Shown piece after piece: positions 16,534-25,425 of a stretch of 32,619 bases of DNA. Under the pieces are notes generated by a model. That model searched no databases, was not told where the DNA came from, and saw only the letters and a program-made list of their open reading frames with translations. This DNA is from a virus (Duplodnaviria; Caudoviricetes): the IMG/VR virus record IMGVR_UViG_3300048086_000018, positions 1 through 32,619 of that record; one strand, 5' to 3'. Within the stretch, counting starts at the first letter, position 1. The number at the start of each line of letters is the position of its first letter. The position numbers and the translations under genes are program-made.

Positions 16534-17265
16534 ATGGCCCTCGCGACCACCAGCTCCTACAACATCACCGCCCAGCGTCTCATTGACCTGGCGCTGATCG
16601 ACATCGGCGTGGCCGGCCAGGCGGGGTCGGTGGATCCGAACCTGCGCGCCCAGGCGCTCGACATGTTGAATCTCGTTCTCAAGCAGCTCGACACCAAGGG
16701 CATGCTCCAGTTCAACGTCACGCGCCGCACGCAAACGCTGACCTCCGGCGTGGCCTCCTACGTGCTCAGCAACGACGTGACCGACGTCGACGATCCGATG
16801 CGCTACACGCCCTCGGGCTCGACCACCGCCAGCCAGGTCACGGTCATGGCGCGCGACGAGTACATGTATCTGCCCGATCGCACGCTGCAAGGCCCCGTCT
16901 ACCGGTTTTTCCCCGAGTCCAATTTTGACGCCAACGGCATCACCCAGATCACGCTCAGTCTGTTCCCGGTGCCGCCCAACACCGGAGATACGCTGGAATA
17001 CGGCGCCGCCATCAGAATGAAGGACGTCACCGACTTGGGCCAGAGCATCGGCGTGCCGCAGAAGTGGCTGAGCGCGATCGTGCAGACGCTTGCCGCCCGC
17101 CTGGGCCCGTCGTACTCGCTGGGCATCGACCGCATCAGCTACCTGAACAAGCGCGCTGACGAGGCCATCGACGCCGCCCTTGAAGACAGCGGTGAGCATG
17201 GGCCGCTGCAACTCGTCCCGTTCGGGACACACGGCGCCTATTCGCAGCGCGGGAGTTATCGCTGA
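16534..17265 (+). CDS. Head-tail adaptor (P22 gp4 / tail tubular A-like)
   Basis: ITAQRLIDLALIDIGV...ALDMLNLVL, LFPVP, VPQKWLSAIVQTLAARL motifs; position. Confidence 0.75.
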   Translation: MALATTSSYNITAQRLIDLALIDIGVAGQAGSVDPNLRAQALDMLNLVLKQLDTKGMLQFNVTRRTQTLTSGVASYVLSNDVTDVDDPMRYTPSGSTTASQVTVMARDEYMYLPDRTLQGPVYRFFPESNFDANGITQITLSLFPVPPNTGDTLEYGAAIRMKDVTDLGQSIGVPQKWLSAIVQTLAARLGPSYSLGIDRISYLNKRADEAIDAALEDSGEHGPLQLVPFGTHGAYSQRGSYR

Positions 17266-18830
17266 TGCCATCTCAGTATCTCGGCGATCTCGCGCTCAAC
17301 GGTTACGCCTCGGCGCCGTCGGGGACCGTGCGCTTCTACCAGCCCGGCACACTGACGCCGGTCACGGTGTACTCGAACGACGCCGCCACCACCGCCATCA
17401 CACAGCCGGTGCAGCTCGACGCCGCCGGCAAATCGACGGTGCCGGTCTACCTGACGGCGCCCGCGCGGATGATCGTGCAGTCGGCGGCGGGAGCCACGCT
17501 GGTCGACATCGAGCGCGTCGACGGATTGCGAGCCGAGACGACAGCGCTGGTCAACCCTCTTTGGCCAAATTCGGCGAGCCTGAATGCGCTGGCCACGAAC
17601 CTGGCGACGAGCCTCGGCGGGACTGACGGGAATTTCAAGGCAATTGGCTCTGGCGGGGTAAACCGCGGCGTCGCCGCCAAGCTATCCGAGGCGATCTCGG
17701 TGAAGGACTTCGGCGCCAAGGGCGACGGGATCACCGACGACACGTCTGCAATCACGGCGGCGCTAGTATACGCAGCCGCACAGTCCGGTGGGTCAGTTCT
17801 GTTTCCCGCAGGAACGTATCTGATCTCGCAAACGCTGACTAATAACGCAAACAACATTGCGCTTGTCGGCGCTGGTCGGACGGCGTCGATTATCAAAAAC
17901 AGCAGTACTACCGGAGACGCCATCACGATGGCCAACGTCACAAGCGTGACCCTGGACTCCATTGGAATATCGGCATCATCGACATCAACAGGGGCTGCTC
18001 TTCGGCTAACTGGCGCTTCGTGTGATTCAATCTCACTGAATCGGGTTGGAATGTCAGGACACAGAACCGGTATTGGCGGCGCTGGCGCCGTCATCGGCAC
18101 TGGCGGCATATCGATCCGCGAGTGCAACATCGTATGCGACAACAATGCAGCATCCGTTTGTATCTCTGTCGTTGCACAACTTCTAAACGTGTTTGCAGGC
18201 TTCTATGACATCGGCGGAACCACCGCTGGCAGCGTCTGTTTACTGAACGACTCAAGCAGCGGAATTAACGCCCTGACATCGGTTTTTGGTGGCTGGTGGA
18301 GAGGAAACGTTGTCTTCAAACACACCGACACGGGCAGCGTAAATTACCTGCACGTATTCGGCGCATTCCCTAACTCAAGCGGGTCGATCAGCGTCGGTAC
18401 CGCGGCCATCGTGATGGCTTTTGCAAATTTCCAGTCCGCAACGTCTATCCCCGGAATGTTCCTGGTGTCTCCAAACGCCGGGAGATGGGGCGACAGTGGA
18501 CCATTGCTATCGACTTCGATTGCGACCACGTCAGCCTATACGCCGTCGATGATCGCGACCCAAGATCATCTCATCAACGGCACCGCCGCCGGTATCACCA
18601 TCACGGTCAATGCGCCGACATCGGCCGTGGCTCCATTGCCAAACGGATCGCGCGTCACTCTATTGCTCGCAAATACGTCGGGCGGCGCCGTGGCATGGGC
18701 GTTCGACGCTACGTACCGGGTGGCCGCCGTCGCGCCTGCCACCGGTACGTTTGTTTCGATTACCTGTGTCTATGTCTCGGCCACTGCGACATGGCGAGAA
18801 ATCTCCAGATCATCGGCGGCCACGTTCTAA
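17265..18830 (+). CDS. Tailspike with virion-binding N-terminus and pectate-lyase-3-like beta-helix
   Basis: GTVRFYQPGTLTPVTVYS...PVQLDAAG anchor; ISVKDFGAKGDGITDDTSAITAAL and VLFPAGTYLIS signature. Confidence 0.88.
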   Translation: MPSQYLGDLALNGYASAPSGTVRFYQPGTLTPVTVYSNDAATTAITQPVQLDAAGKSTVPVYLTAPARMIVQSAAGATLVDIERVDGLRAETTALVNPLWPNSASLNALATNLATSLGGTDGNFKAIGSGGVNRGVAAKLSEAISVKDFGAKGDGITDDTSAITAALVYAAAQSGGSVLFPAGTYLISQTLTNNANNIALVGAGRTASIIKNSSTTGDAITMANVTSVTLDSIGISASSTSTGAALRLTGASCDSISLNRVGMSGHRTGIGGAGAVIGTGGISIRECNIVCDNNAASVCISVVAQLLNVFAGFYDIGGTTAGSVCLLNDSSSGINALTSVFGGWWRGNVVFKHTDTGSVNYLHVFGAFPNSSGSISVGTAAIVMAFANFQSATSIPGMFLVSPNAGRWGDSGPLLSTSIATTSAYTPSMIATQDHLINGTAAGITITVNAPTSAVAPLPNGSRVTLLLANTSGGAVAWAFDATYRVAAVAPATGTFVSITCVYVSATATWREISRSSAATF

Positions 18831-18832
18831 TG

Positions 18833-19258
18833 TTATTGCACCCGAACAAATGTCCACGAGTCGAGGTAGTTGCGGGTGTCGTCCTGGACACCCACGAACA
18901 TGCGCGAGCCGTCAGCGCTCGCAAATCCATAGCAATGCCTGGCGACGCCGTTGACAAGAATGGCGTCATTCAGGTGGCGCCCATCTGGATCAACGGTGCC
19001 GGCAATAACAAAGAGCAACGAGGAGGAGTCGGAGGCCGGAGACAGTTCCATGGAGAAATTAGCAGCGCCATCCACGGACACGGTCGCGCGCAGTTGCGTC
19101 GCAGCGGTTGCGCTGTACCACACGCCGGCAAGCGGCGAGGCCCCAGAAGCATCGGACGCAGTCAGCGCGGTGGGTTGACCGTCCTCCGGCGCGAGAGCCC
19201 CGCAACCGGAAGCCAGCAGTACGCCAAAGGCCAGGAATCGGATCGTGTTCGTCGTCAT
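18833..19258 (-). CDS. Lipoprotein, antisense moron
   Basis: MTTNTIRFLAFGVLLASG-C lipobox, GAGAGGA SD, beta-rich mature domain starting LAGVW; the only minus-strand gene in the structural operon. Confidence 0.75.
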   Translation of the reverse strand: MTTNTIRFLAFGVLLASGCGALAPEDGQPTALTASDASGASPLAGVWYSATAATQLRATVSVDGAANFSMELSPASDSSSLLFVIAGTVDPDGRHLNDAILVNGVARHCYGFASADGSRMFVGVQDDTRNYLDSWTFVRVQ

Positions 19259-19397
19259 GATGTCGTCCTCTCATCTTGTCCCATTGTTAAGCAGACCGGG
19301 CGTCGGGGACGCCAACGCCACCCCTGGTTCATGAGGCCGGGGGCTGGTCTGCATAGAGAACGTCTCACGGTCGCGAATTTCCCGCAAGGGGGCGCCC

Positions 19398-20918
19398 ATG
19401 CCTGAGGCGCTAATCCCCATCGACGAAGGCCAGAAGGCCAGCGCCGACGACTCCCCCGGCGCGGCCCGGCTGGCGATCAACTGGCTGGTCGATTCGAACG
19501 ACACCGTTCGCCAGCGGCCCGGCATCAGCAACACGACGCTAGACACGGGGGTGTACAACCGAACCAGCGGGACGAACACCGGAATCATCGGGATGTACGT
19601 GTGGCGATCGGTGTTCAACCAGCGCGAATACTTGGTGTACGTGCGCAAAGACCGGCGCATCTGGGCCAAGGACCTGGTCACCAGCGTCGTCAGCGCGATA
19701 TCGGACACCACCGGTGATGCCGACGACATCCCGTCCATGCTCGACGGCAACGCCACCCAGGTGATCTTCGCCGAGGACTCACAGCGCTTGACGATGGCCG
19801 GCGGCGGGCAACTGCAAACCTGGAATGGCAACGTCGCCACGTTGACCCAGCGGATTGCGGCGACGGTGTTTGGCGTGAACCAGCCCCCCCTGTCGGCGAC
19901 TCACGTCGTGGCGTTGACCAATTACCTGGTGGCGAATCAGGCGGCGCTGCCGGGCACCAACAACCAGATCATTTGGTCGGGCCTTGGCGACTCGAACCAT
20001 GTCACCTGGTCGCCGCTGAACTTCAACACCGCCGACGCCGACCCCGATCCGATCGTCGCCATCGCCACGAACCTGCGCGAGTGCTTCACGTTCGGCACCA
20101 AGACCGTGCAGGCGTTCGGTGTCGGCTCCGATCCGACGCTGCCATTCTCTGCATCGGCCACATTGGCGCTGGGCTGCTCGGCTCCCTATTCGGTGATTCG
20201 CCGCGACACCGATTTTTCGTGGATGGATGAGAATCGCCGGTTTGTGACGTCTGACGCGCGCTCGGTCGACGTCATCAGCAAAGACATCAACAAGCTGCTG
20301 CGCGACTTCTCGACTGTCGCCGATGGGTTCGGCTTCCGGCTGCGCGTGGGCTACTGGGATCTGCTCGTGTGGGTCTTCCTGACCGAGGGGAAAACCTACG
20401 CCTACGACCAGGCAAGGCAGAAGTGGTTCCAGTGGCGAGGGTGGAACGGGATCGACGATTACGCCGCCATCCGGATCGCGGCCTATGCCTACTGGCCCAC
20501 GGGCGCGATGCACATCGTTGGCGATCCGCTCTATGAAAACCTGTGGACGCTCGACATCACTGGTCAGTCCGACACGGGCCCCGGGCTGCCCATCGTGGCG
20601 GAGTGCGTGACCAACCGTATCGACGGCGGCACCGCGTTGCGCAAGCGCTGCAGCAAGGTGCGCTTTTTCGTCAAGCGCGGCACCACGGCGCAGCCGGCGA
20701 CGACCCCCGCGTACCTCGATGTCGCAAAGAAGGACGATGACGGCAACTGGAGTGGTGGCCAGCTGATCGATCTCGGGATCGCGGGGGACTACTCGTCTTT
20801 CAAGGACTGGTACCCAGGCGGCATCTACCGGCGGCGACAATACCGGGTGAGGTACTCGGGCGGGGTAGACATAGCGATAGCAAAGATGACAGAGTTTTGG
20901 GAGCCGCTGAGCGACTGA
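19398..20918 (+). CDS. Tail hub / packaged-DNA stabilisation protein (P22 gp10-like)
   Basis: RQRPG near the N-terminus, QIIWSGLGD..W.PLNFNTADADPDPIVAI, GCSAPYSV, TYAYDQARQKW motifs. Confidence 0.85.
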   Translation: MPEALIPIDEGQKASADDSPGAARLAINWLVDSNDTVRQRPGISNTTLDTGVYNRTSGTNTGIIGMYVWRSVFNQREYLVYVRKDRRIWAKDLVTSVVSAISDTTGDADDIPSMLDGNATQVIFAEDSQRLTMAGGGQLQTWNGNVATLTQRIAATVFGVNQPPLSATHVVALTNYLVANQAALPGTNNQIIWSGLGDSNHVTWSPLNFNTADADPDPIVAIATNLRECFTFGTKTVQAFGVGSDPTLPFSASATLALGCSAPYSVIRRDTDFSWMDENRRFVTSDARSVDVISKDINKLLRDFSTVADGFGFRLRVGYWDLLVWVFLTEGKTYAYDQARQKWFQWRGWNGIDDYAAIRIAAYAYWPTGAMHIVGDPLYENLWTLDITGQSDTGPGLPIVAECVTNRIDGGTALRKRCSKVRFFVKRGTTAQPATTPAYLDVAKKDDDGNWSGGQLIDLGIAGDYSSFKDWYPGGIYRRRQYRVRYSGGVDIAIAKMTEFWEPLSD

Positions 20919-20921
20919 TGC

Positions 20922-21287
20922 ATGTCATGGACACTGCCAAAGCCACGCGATACTTGGTCCGACCGCGAGAAGGGGAACTTCGCGCGCGAGATCTGGTCGC
21001 GCATCCGCTTCGCATCGGTCACGTTCACGCCGGCGGCGGTGACGTCGATGACGGCGACGACGTACCTGATCGCGCAGTCGGGGGGCGACGTGGTTAGCTC
21101 GGTGGTGGTCGGCTTGCGCAAGGGCATGGCGATAAGCGCGACGTGGCCGGCCGCGCCGTCGGCGGGGCTCGTGCTCGACTGCTGGTGCGACCTCGATGAC
21201 ACGCTGAAGATTCGCTTCTCCAACTTCAGCGGCGTCAACCTGACGCCGCTGGCCGGCGCGTACGCGTTCTGCGGGATGGTGATCTGA
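20922..21287 (+). CDS. Small tail-associated protein
   Basis: 121 aa after the gp10-like gene; DTLKIRFSNFSGVNLTP beta-rich end. Confidence 0.7.
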   Translation: MSWTLPKPRDTWSDREKGNFAREIWSRIRFASVTFTPAAVTSMTATTYLIAQSGGDVVSSVVVGLRKGMAISATWPAAPSAGLVLDCWCDLDDTLKIRFSNFSGVNLTPLAGAYAFCGMVI

Positions 21288-21378
21288 TGGGCCTCGATAC
21301 CAGCCGGCCGGCGCAGACCGGCAACGCCGCGACGCCGCCGGCTGGCGCGTGGGCATTTTGCGGAGTGGTGATCTGATG
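21242..21378 (+). repeat. Diverged 48-bp direct repeat (21242-21289 and 21331-21378)
   Basis: 40 of 48 positions identical; the copies encode TPLAGAYAFCGMVI* and TPPAGAWAFCGVVI*, each followed by an overlapping ATG. Confidence 0.9.
21287..21376 (+). CDS. 29-aa chimeric relay ORF (not in the ORF track)
   Basis: MGLDTSRPAQTGNAATPPAGAWAFCGVVI with TGATG coupling at both ends. Confidence 0.5.
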   Translation: MGLDTSRPAQTGNAATPPAGAWAFCGVVI

Positions 21379-23823
21379 CCAACAACCACGTCAGAGACAA
21401 ATACCAAGTCAGCGGCCAAGGCGAGGGCTGCCGCCAGAACTCAATCTGGCGGGAATGCGCCACTGGGAAACGACACCCCGCTGAAATTCTACAGCACAGC
21501 CGGCCACGGGACGCCCTACCTCGATGACAACGCCAACACCTGGCAGGGGGCTCTCCAGGGCATCGGCCTCGTGGGCGGCGGGATCGCCGGGACTGTGGCC
21601 AGCGGAAACCCGTTAGGCGGCTATTTCGGCGCGCAACTTGGGTATAAGTTGGGCGGCGCGGCCGGCACCAGCATTGATGGCGCCGACGCAAATTACAAGG
21701 TGGCCGCGCAGCATCCGGATTGGGTGCTCCAGTCCAACGGTCAACTTGGGCCGCGGGTAATCGAGACCGCCGGCGGCGGCGGTTCGGGCGGTGGCGCTGC
21801 GGGAGGCGGTGGCGGTTCGGTTGGCAGCGGAGGCTACCCCATGGGCGGCGGCGATCCGACGTCCTTGAACGGCATCGCCAATCAAGCGTTTGCATTCGGT
21901 GCACAAAACCGCGATTGGCTGATGAACCAGAACGCCCAGGCGCAGGGCTATTATGGCAACGCCAGCAACCAGTACGATCAGCTCTTCGGCCCGGGTGGTT
22001 CGCTCTCGGGGCCCGGTGCTGGCGAGCAGGCGTTCGGCCGGATGGGCGATTCGATCCTTGGACCATCGCCGATCCAGCAGTACCAGCAGCAGACCGCCGG
22101 CCAACTCGGCCAGGCCGGCGCGGGTGAAAACGCCTACGGATACATGATGCAGAACGGGCTCGCGGGCCCGGGGCAGTACGAGCGGCAGGCGCAGGGGTAC
22201 CAAAATGCGCTCGCGCAGCCGGGCGCCGCCGAGCGCTACCAGCAGCAAACGGCGGGGCAGATGCAGACGCCGGGCTCTTTCGAGCAGCAGGCCGGCGGAT
22301 ACCAGCAGGCGCTGTCCCGTCCGGGCGACGCTCAGCAGTACAGCGCGGCCGTCAGCGGCGGCCTCCAGCGGGGCGGCAACGCCCAGGGCGCCTACAACCA
22401 GATGGCTGGCGGATACCAGGCGCCCACGGCGCTGGAGAGTGCTTACGGCGGCCTGATGCGCGGCTACGGTCAGCAGGGCATGCAACAACAGAATGCCCTG
22501 GGCGCGGCGCGGAGCCTGGAGGGCGGCCAGTCACAGGATATCTACCGCCAGCAGAGCCAGCAGCTCAACCACCCGGGCCAGCTGGAGAAGTTCGCAGCCA
22601 GCGACGCGGCTGGCAGCAACCCGTATTACGATCAGCTTCGCCAGACCACGAACGCGACCCTTGATCAAGAGTTCAACGCGGGCGGCAACTTCAACAGCGG
22701 CGCGCGCATGGCGGCGCTGGGCAAGGCCGATTCCAACATCGCCGCCCAGCAGTACCAGCAGGAAGCGCAGCTACAAGGCTCTGCCCAGCAGGCCACGCAG
22801 CAACGCCTCGGCGCGCAAGCGGGCCTCGCCGGACAGGCGTCGCAGGAGCAACTCGGCCGCACGCAGGCGGGCTTCGGGATGCTGGGCAACGCCGACCAGC
22901 AGCAGCTCCAGCGCCTCGGCGGCCAAGCGGGCCTTGCCGGTGACGTCTCGGGCCAATCCCTGAACTACCTGAACTCGGGAATAAACGCCGCCCAGGGCGT
23001 TGACCAGAGCAACCTCGGGCGCCTGGCCCTAGGCGGGCAACTCGCCCAGAACAGCCAGCAGGACGCCTACCAGCAGCTCATGGGCGGCGCCAACATCGGC
23101 AACCAAGCGCAGTCGCAGCAGCTTGCCCGCCTTGGGCTGGGCGGGCAACTCGCCCAGAACAGCCAGCAGGACGCCTACCAGCAGCTCATGGGCGGCGCGA
23201 ACATCTCGCAGGGCGCCCAGTCGGCGCAGATGGGACGGCTGGGGATGGTTGGCCAGTACGGCAACGCCGCCCAGGCGCAAGAACTGGCGCGCCTTGGACT
23301 CGGCGGTCAGCTGGCGAACCAGTCCACGCAGGCGGGATTCCAGCAGTACAACGACTACCTCAACCAGGCGCTCAATGCCCAGGGCGCGCAGCAGGCACGC
23401 GGTCAGATGGGGTACGCCGATGCGATGAGCCTCGGACAATCGCGGGCCAATCTCCAACAGGGCTTCGCCACGAACGCGAGTGATGCCTACGCGCAGATGG
23501 TGCAGGCGGGCTTGGGCGCGAACGTCAACGCGCTGGGGCTGTCGATGCAGCAGCAGCAGGCGAATGCCGACCGGCAGTTGGCCTACTTGGGGCTCGGGCT
23601 CAAGGGCGCCACGTCGCTATTTCCGAACGGCTACCCGGGCGGCGGCGGGTCGTCCGGTGGCGGCAGCATTCCGAACATTCCCGGCGGCGGCTCCTCCGGC
23701 GGGGCCTCCGACAGCGGTTACAGCGGCGTGGATTACGGCCCCGGCACCACCGGCGTCGACACCGGCAGTTATGGCCAGATCGACCCGTCACTGACGCCAG
23801 ACAACCCATTCGGGACCGGTTAA
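21376..23823 (+). CDS. Internal virion / DNA ejection protein 1 (Q/G/A-rich, repetitive)
   Basis: TGATG start at 21376; glycine-zipper segment GIGLVGGGIAG..GGYFGAQLG; Q/G helical repeats; position after the gp10-like gene. Confidence 0.7.
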   Translation: MPTTTSETNTKSAAKARAAARTQSGGNAPLGNDTPLKFYSTAGHGTPYLDDNANTWQGALQGIGLVGGGIAGTVASGNPLGGYFGAQLGYKLGGAAGTSIDGADANYKVAAQHPDWVLQSNGQLGPRVIETAGGGGSGGGAAGGGGGSVGSGGYPMGGGDPTSLNGIANQAFAFGAQNRDWLMNQNAQAQGYYGNASNQYDQLFGPGGSLSGPGAGEQAFGRMGDSILGPSPIQQYQQQTAGQLGQAGAGENAYGYMMQNGLAGPGQYERQAQGYQNALAQPGAAERYQQQTAGQMQTPGSFEQQAGGYQQALSRPGDAQQYSAAVSGGLQRGGNAQGAYNQMAGGYQAPTALESAYGGLMRGYGQQGMQQQNALGAARSLEGGQSQDIYRQQSQQLNHPGQLEKFAASDAAGSNPYYDQLRQTTNATLDQEFNAGGNFNSGARMAALGKADSNIAAQQYQQEAQLQGSAQQATQQRLGAQAGLAGQASQEQLGRTQAGFGMLGNADQQQLQRLGGQAGLAGDVSGQSLNYLNSGINAAQGVDQSNLGRLALGGQLAQNSQQDAYQQLMGGANIGNQAQSQQLARLGLGGQLAQNSQQDAYQQLMGGANISQGAQSAQMGRLGMVGQYGNAAQAQELARLGLGGQLANQSTQAGFQQYNDYLNQALNAQGAQQARGQMGYADAMSLGQSRANLQQGFATNASDAYAQMVQAGLGANVNALGLSMQQQQANADRQLAYLGLGLKGATSLFPNGYPGGGGSSGGGSIPNIPGGGSSGGASDSGYSGVDYGPGTTGVDTGSYGQIDPSLTPDNPFGTG
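23032..23198 (+). repeat. 59-bp exact intragenic direct repeat, 108-bp period
   Basis: 23032-23090 equals 23140-23198, encoding GGQLAQNSQQDAYQQLMGGA. Confidence 0.9.
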
Positions 23824-25425
23824 ATGCAGCTCCCCTACATCAACCTGCCACAGTCGCGCGCCCCCGAGATCATCGGGGACATGGGCAACACGCTCATCGA
23901 GGCGGCCCAGCGCAAGCAACAGCAGGAACAGCAGGCGATTCAAAACCTGATGCAACAGCAACGGCTGGAGGCGGAGCAGGCGCGCATGCGCGCCGAGGAG
24001 AACCGCGCCCAGGCCGAAGAGCACCGGGCGGCGGCGGCGAACGCCCGCGAGGAGCACCGGCACGCGGCGCAGTTGGCCGAGGCGACCGCCAGCGCCCTGC
24101 CTCAGATTCACCAGGCCCTCGCCGCGGGCGATACCGGCTCGGCCGAGGCCATGGCCCAGGCGCACGGAATCAGAATGCAGCAACGCCCCTTGGCCATGGC
24201 GCCCGGCGGCGCCCCCGGTGCGCCGCAGGCGCCCGCTGAACAAGGGCCGATCCCGTCACCAGAGGAGCGGGCCCTGTCGTTTGCCGGTCAGACCGGCGAC
24301 CAGGCCGGCGCGGCCGAGCAGGCGATCAGCGACGACCAGCGCATGCTGGGCGAGCGCCAGCAGTATGCCCAGGCGCTCGCTGACCATCCGCGCCTGGTAG
24401 CAGAGCATCAGGCGCACCAAGCCGCTTACCAGCAGGCCAAGCAGAACCCGATCTACGACATCGAGACGCCGTACGGAAAGACCACCTTCGACTTGGGCGC
24501 GGAGCGGCAACATCAGCAGGCCCAGCAGCAGGAGACTGCTGGCAACCTCGCGCAGGGCCTGCCGCCGCAGTATGCTCTGCGCGCCGCCGCGCTGATCAAG
24601 ACTGGCCTGCCGCCACAGGAGGTATCCCGGGAGATTCAGGCCCAGATGCGCACCGACGAAGATCGGGCCGCCCGGAGCGATCTTGCGGGCGGGCGCAACC
24701 AGACGGCGCTTCAGGTAGCGGCGCTGCGCAAGCGGGCGAGCAAAGGCGAGGGCGGGTCGGCGGCGCAAGCGGGCCTTGCCGAATTGATCAAGATGAAGGA
24801 GGACGGCGCAGCCGACAGCGCGATCGCCGCCAAGGCTGCCGAATTGCGGATCCCGCCGAAGGTGTGGACCGGGCCGATCAAGGAAGTCGTCAGGGGCGCC
24901 GCCATCGGTCAGCGTGTCGAGCAGAAGAAAGAGGCGCTCCAGGTCACCGGGCCAAACGGCGAATCGGGCATCGCACACAGCGTGAAAGACGCCGCCGAGT
25001 TGAACAAGAAGAATCAGGCGTTCGACCAGATGAAGGTGCGCCTGCAGGCGGCCATCGACGACATCAAACAGAACGGGACGCGGGTCATGTCGGACGACGC
25101 GATCCAGCGCCGCAACAGTCTCATGTCTTCCGCCGCCGCCGCCGGCCGCGTCTACAACGGACTCGGCGGGACCGATGCCAGCCAGCGCCTCGAATCCGAG
25201 ATCAACAGCGCGGCGGGCACGCCGATGCATGGCTTCATCATGGGCGCGAACCCCGACGTGCTGATGCACAACATGCAGGAGGCCGAGCGCGCCCATGAGA
25301 CGGCACTCCAGGTGCGCACCAAGGCCGGCAGCCGCACCCCGGCCGCCGCGCAAAACAAACCGCCTGTTATCCACACCCCCGACGGCAAGGCATGGCATCT
25401 TCAGCCAGATGGGAGCTACCAGTAA
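23824..25425 (+). CDS. Internal virion / DNA ejection protein 2
   Basis: 533 aa, Ala/Gln-rich helical; C-terminal TPDGKAWHLQPDGSY hairpin; position. Confidence 0.65.
   Translation: MQLPYINLPQSRAPEIIGDMGNTLIEAAQRKQQQEQQAIQNLMQQQRLEAEQARMRAEENRAQAEEHRAAAANAREEHRHAAQLAEATASALPQIHQALAAGDTGSAEAMAQAHGIRMQQRPLAMAPGGAPGAPQAPAEQGPIPSPEERALSFAGQTGDQAGAAEQAISDDQRMLGERQQYAQALADHPRLVAEHQAHQAAYQQAKQNPIYDIETPYGKTTFDLGAERQHQQAQQQETAGNLAQGLPPQYALRAAALIKTGLPPQEVSREIQAQMRTDEDRAARSDLAGGRNQTALQVAALRKRASKGEGGSAAQAGLAELIKMKEDGAADSAIAAKAAELRIPPKVWTGPIKEVVRGAAIGQRVEQKKEALQVTGPNGESGIAHSVKDAAELNKKNQAFDQMKVRLQAAIDDIKQNGTRVMSDDAIQRRNSLMSSAAAAGRVYNGLGGTDASQRLESEINSAAGTPMHGFIMGANPDVLMHNMQEAERAHETALQVRTKAGSRTPAAAQNKPPVIHTPDGKAWHLQPDGSYQ

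Noticed and set aside
18846-18854. Possible fifth motif copy (ACAAATGTC)
   Set aside because: Only the 9-bp core matches and both outer arms are broken.
18485-19405. 306-aa plus-strand ORF bridging the tailspike end and the gp10-like gene
   Set aside because: It overlaps the tailspike out of frame and is antisense to a lipoprotein gene that has a clear SD and lipobox.
21242-21378. Diversity-generating retroelement TR/VR pair
   Set aside because: Mismatches are not adenine-specific, half are synonymous, and no reverse transcriptase is present.
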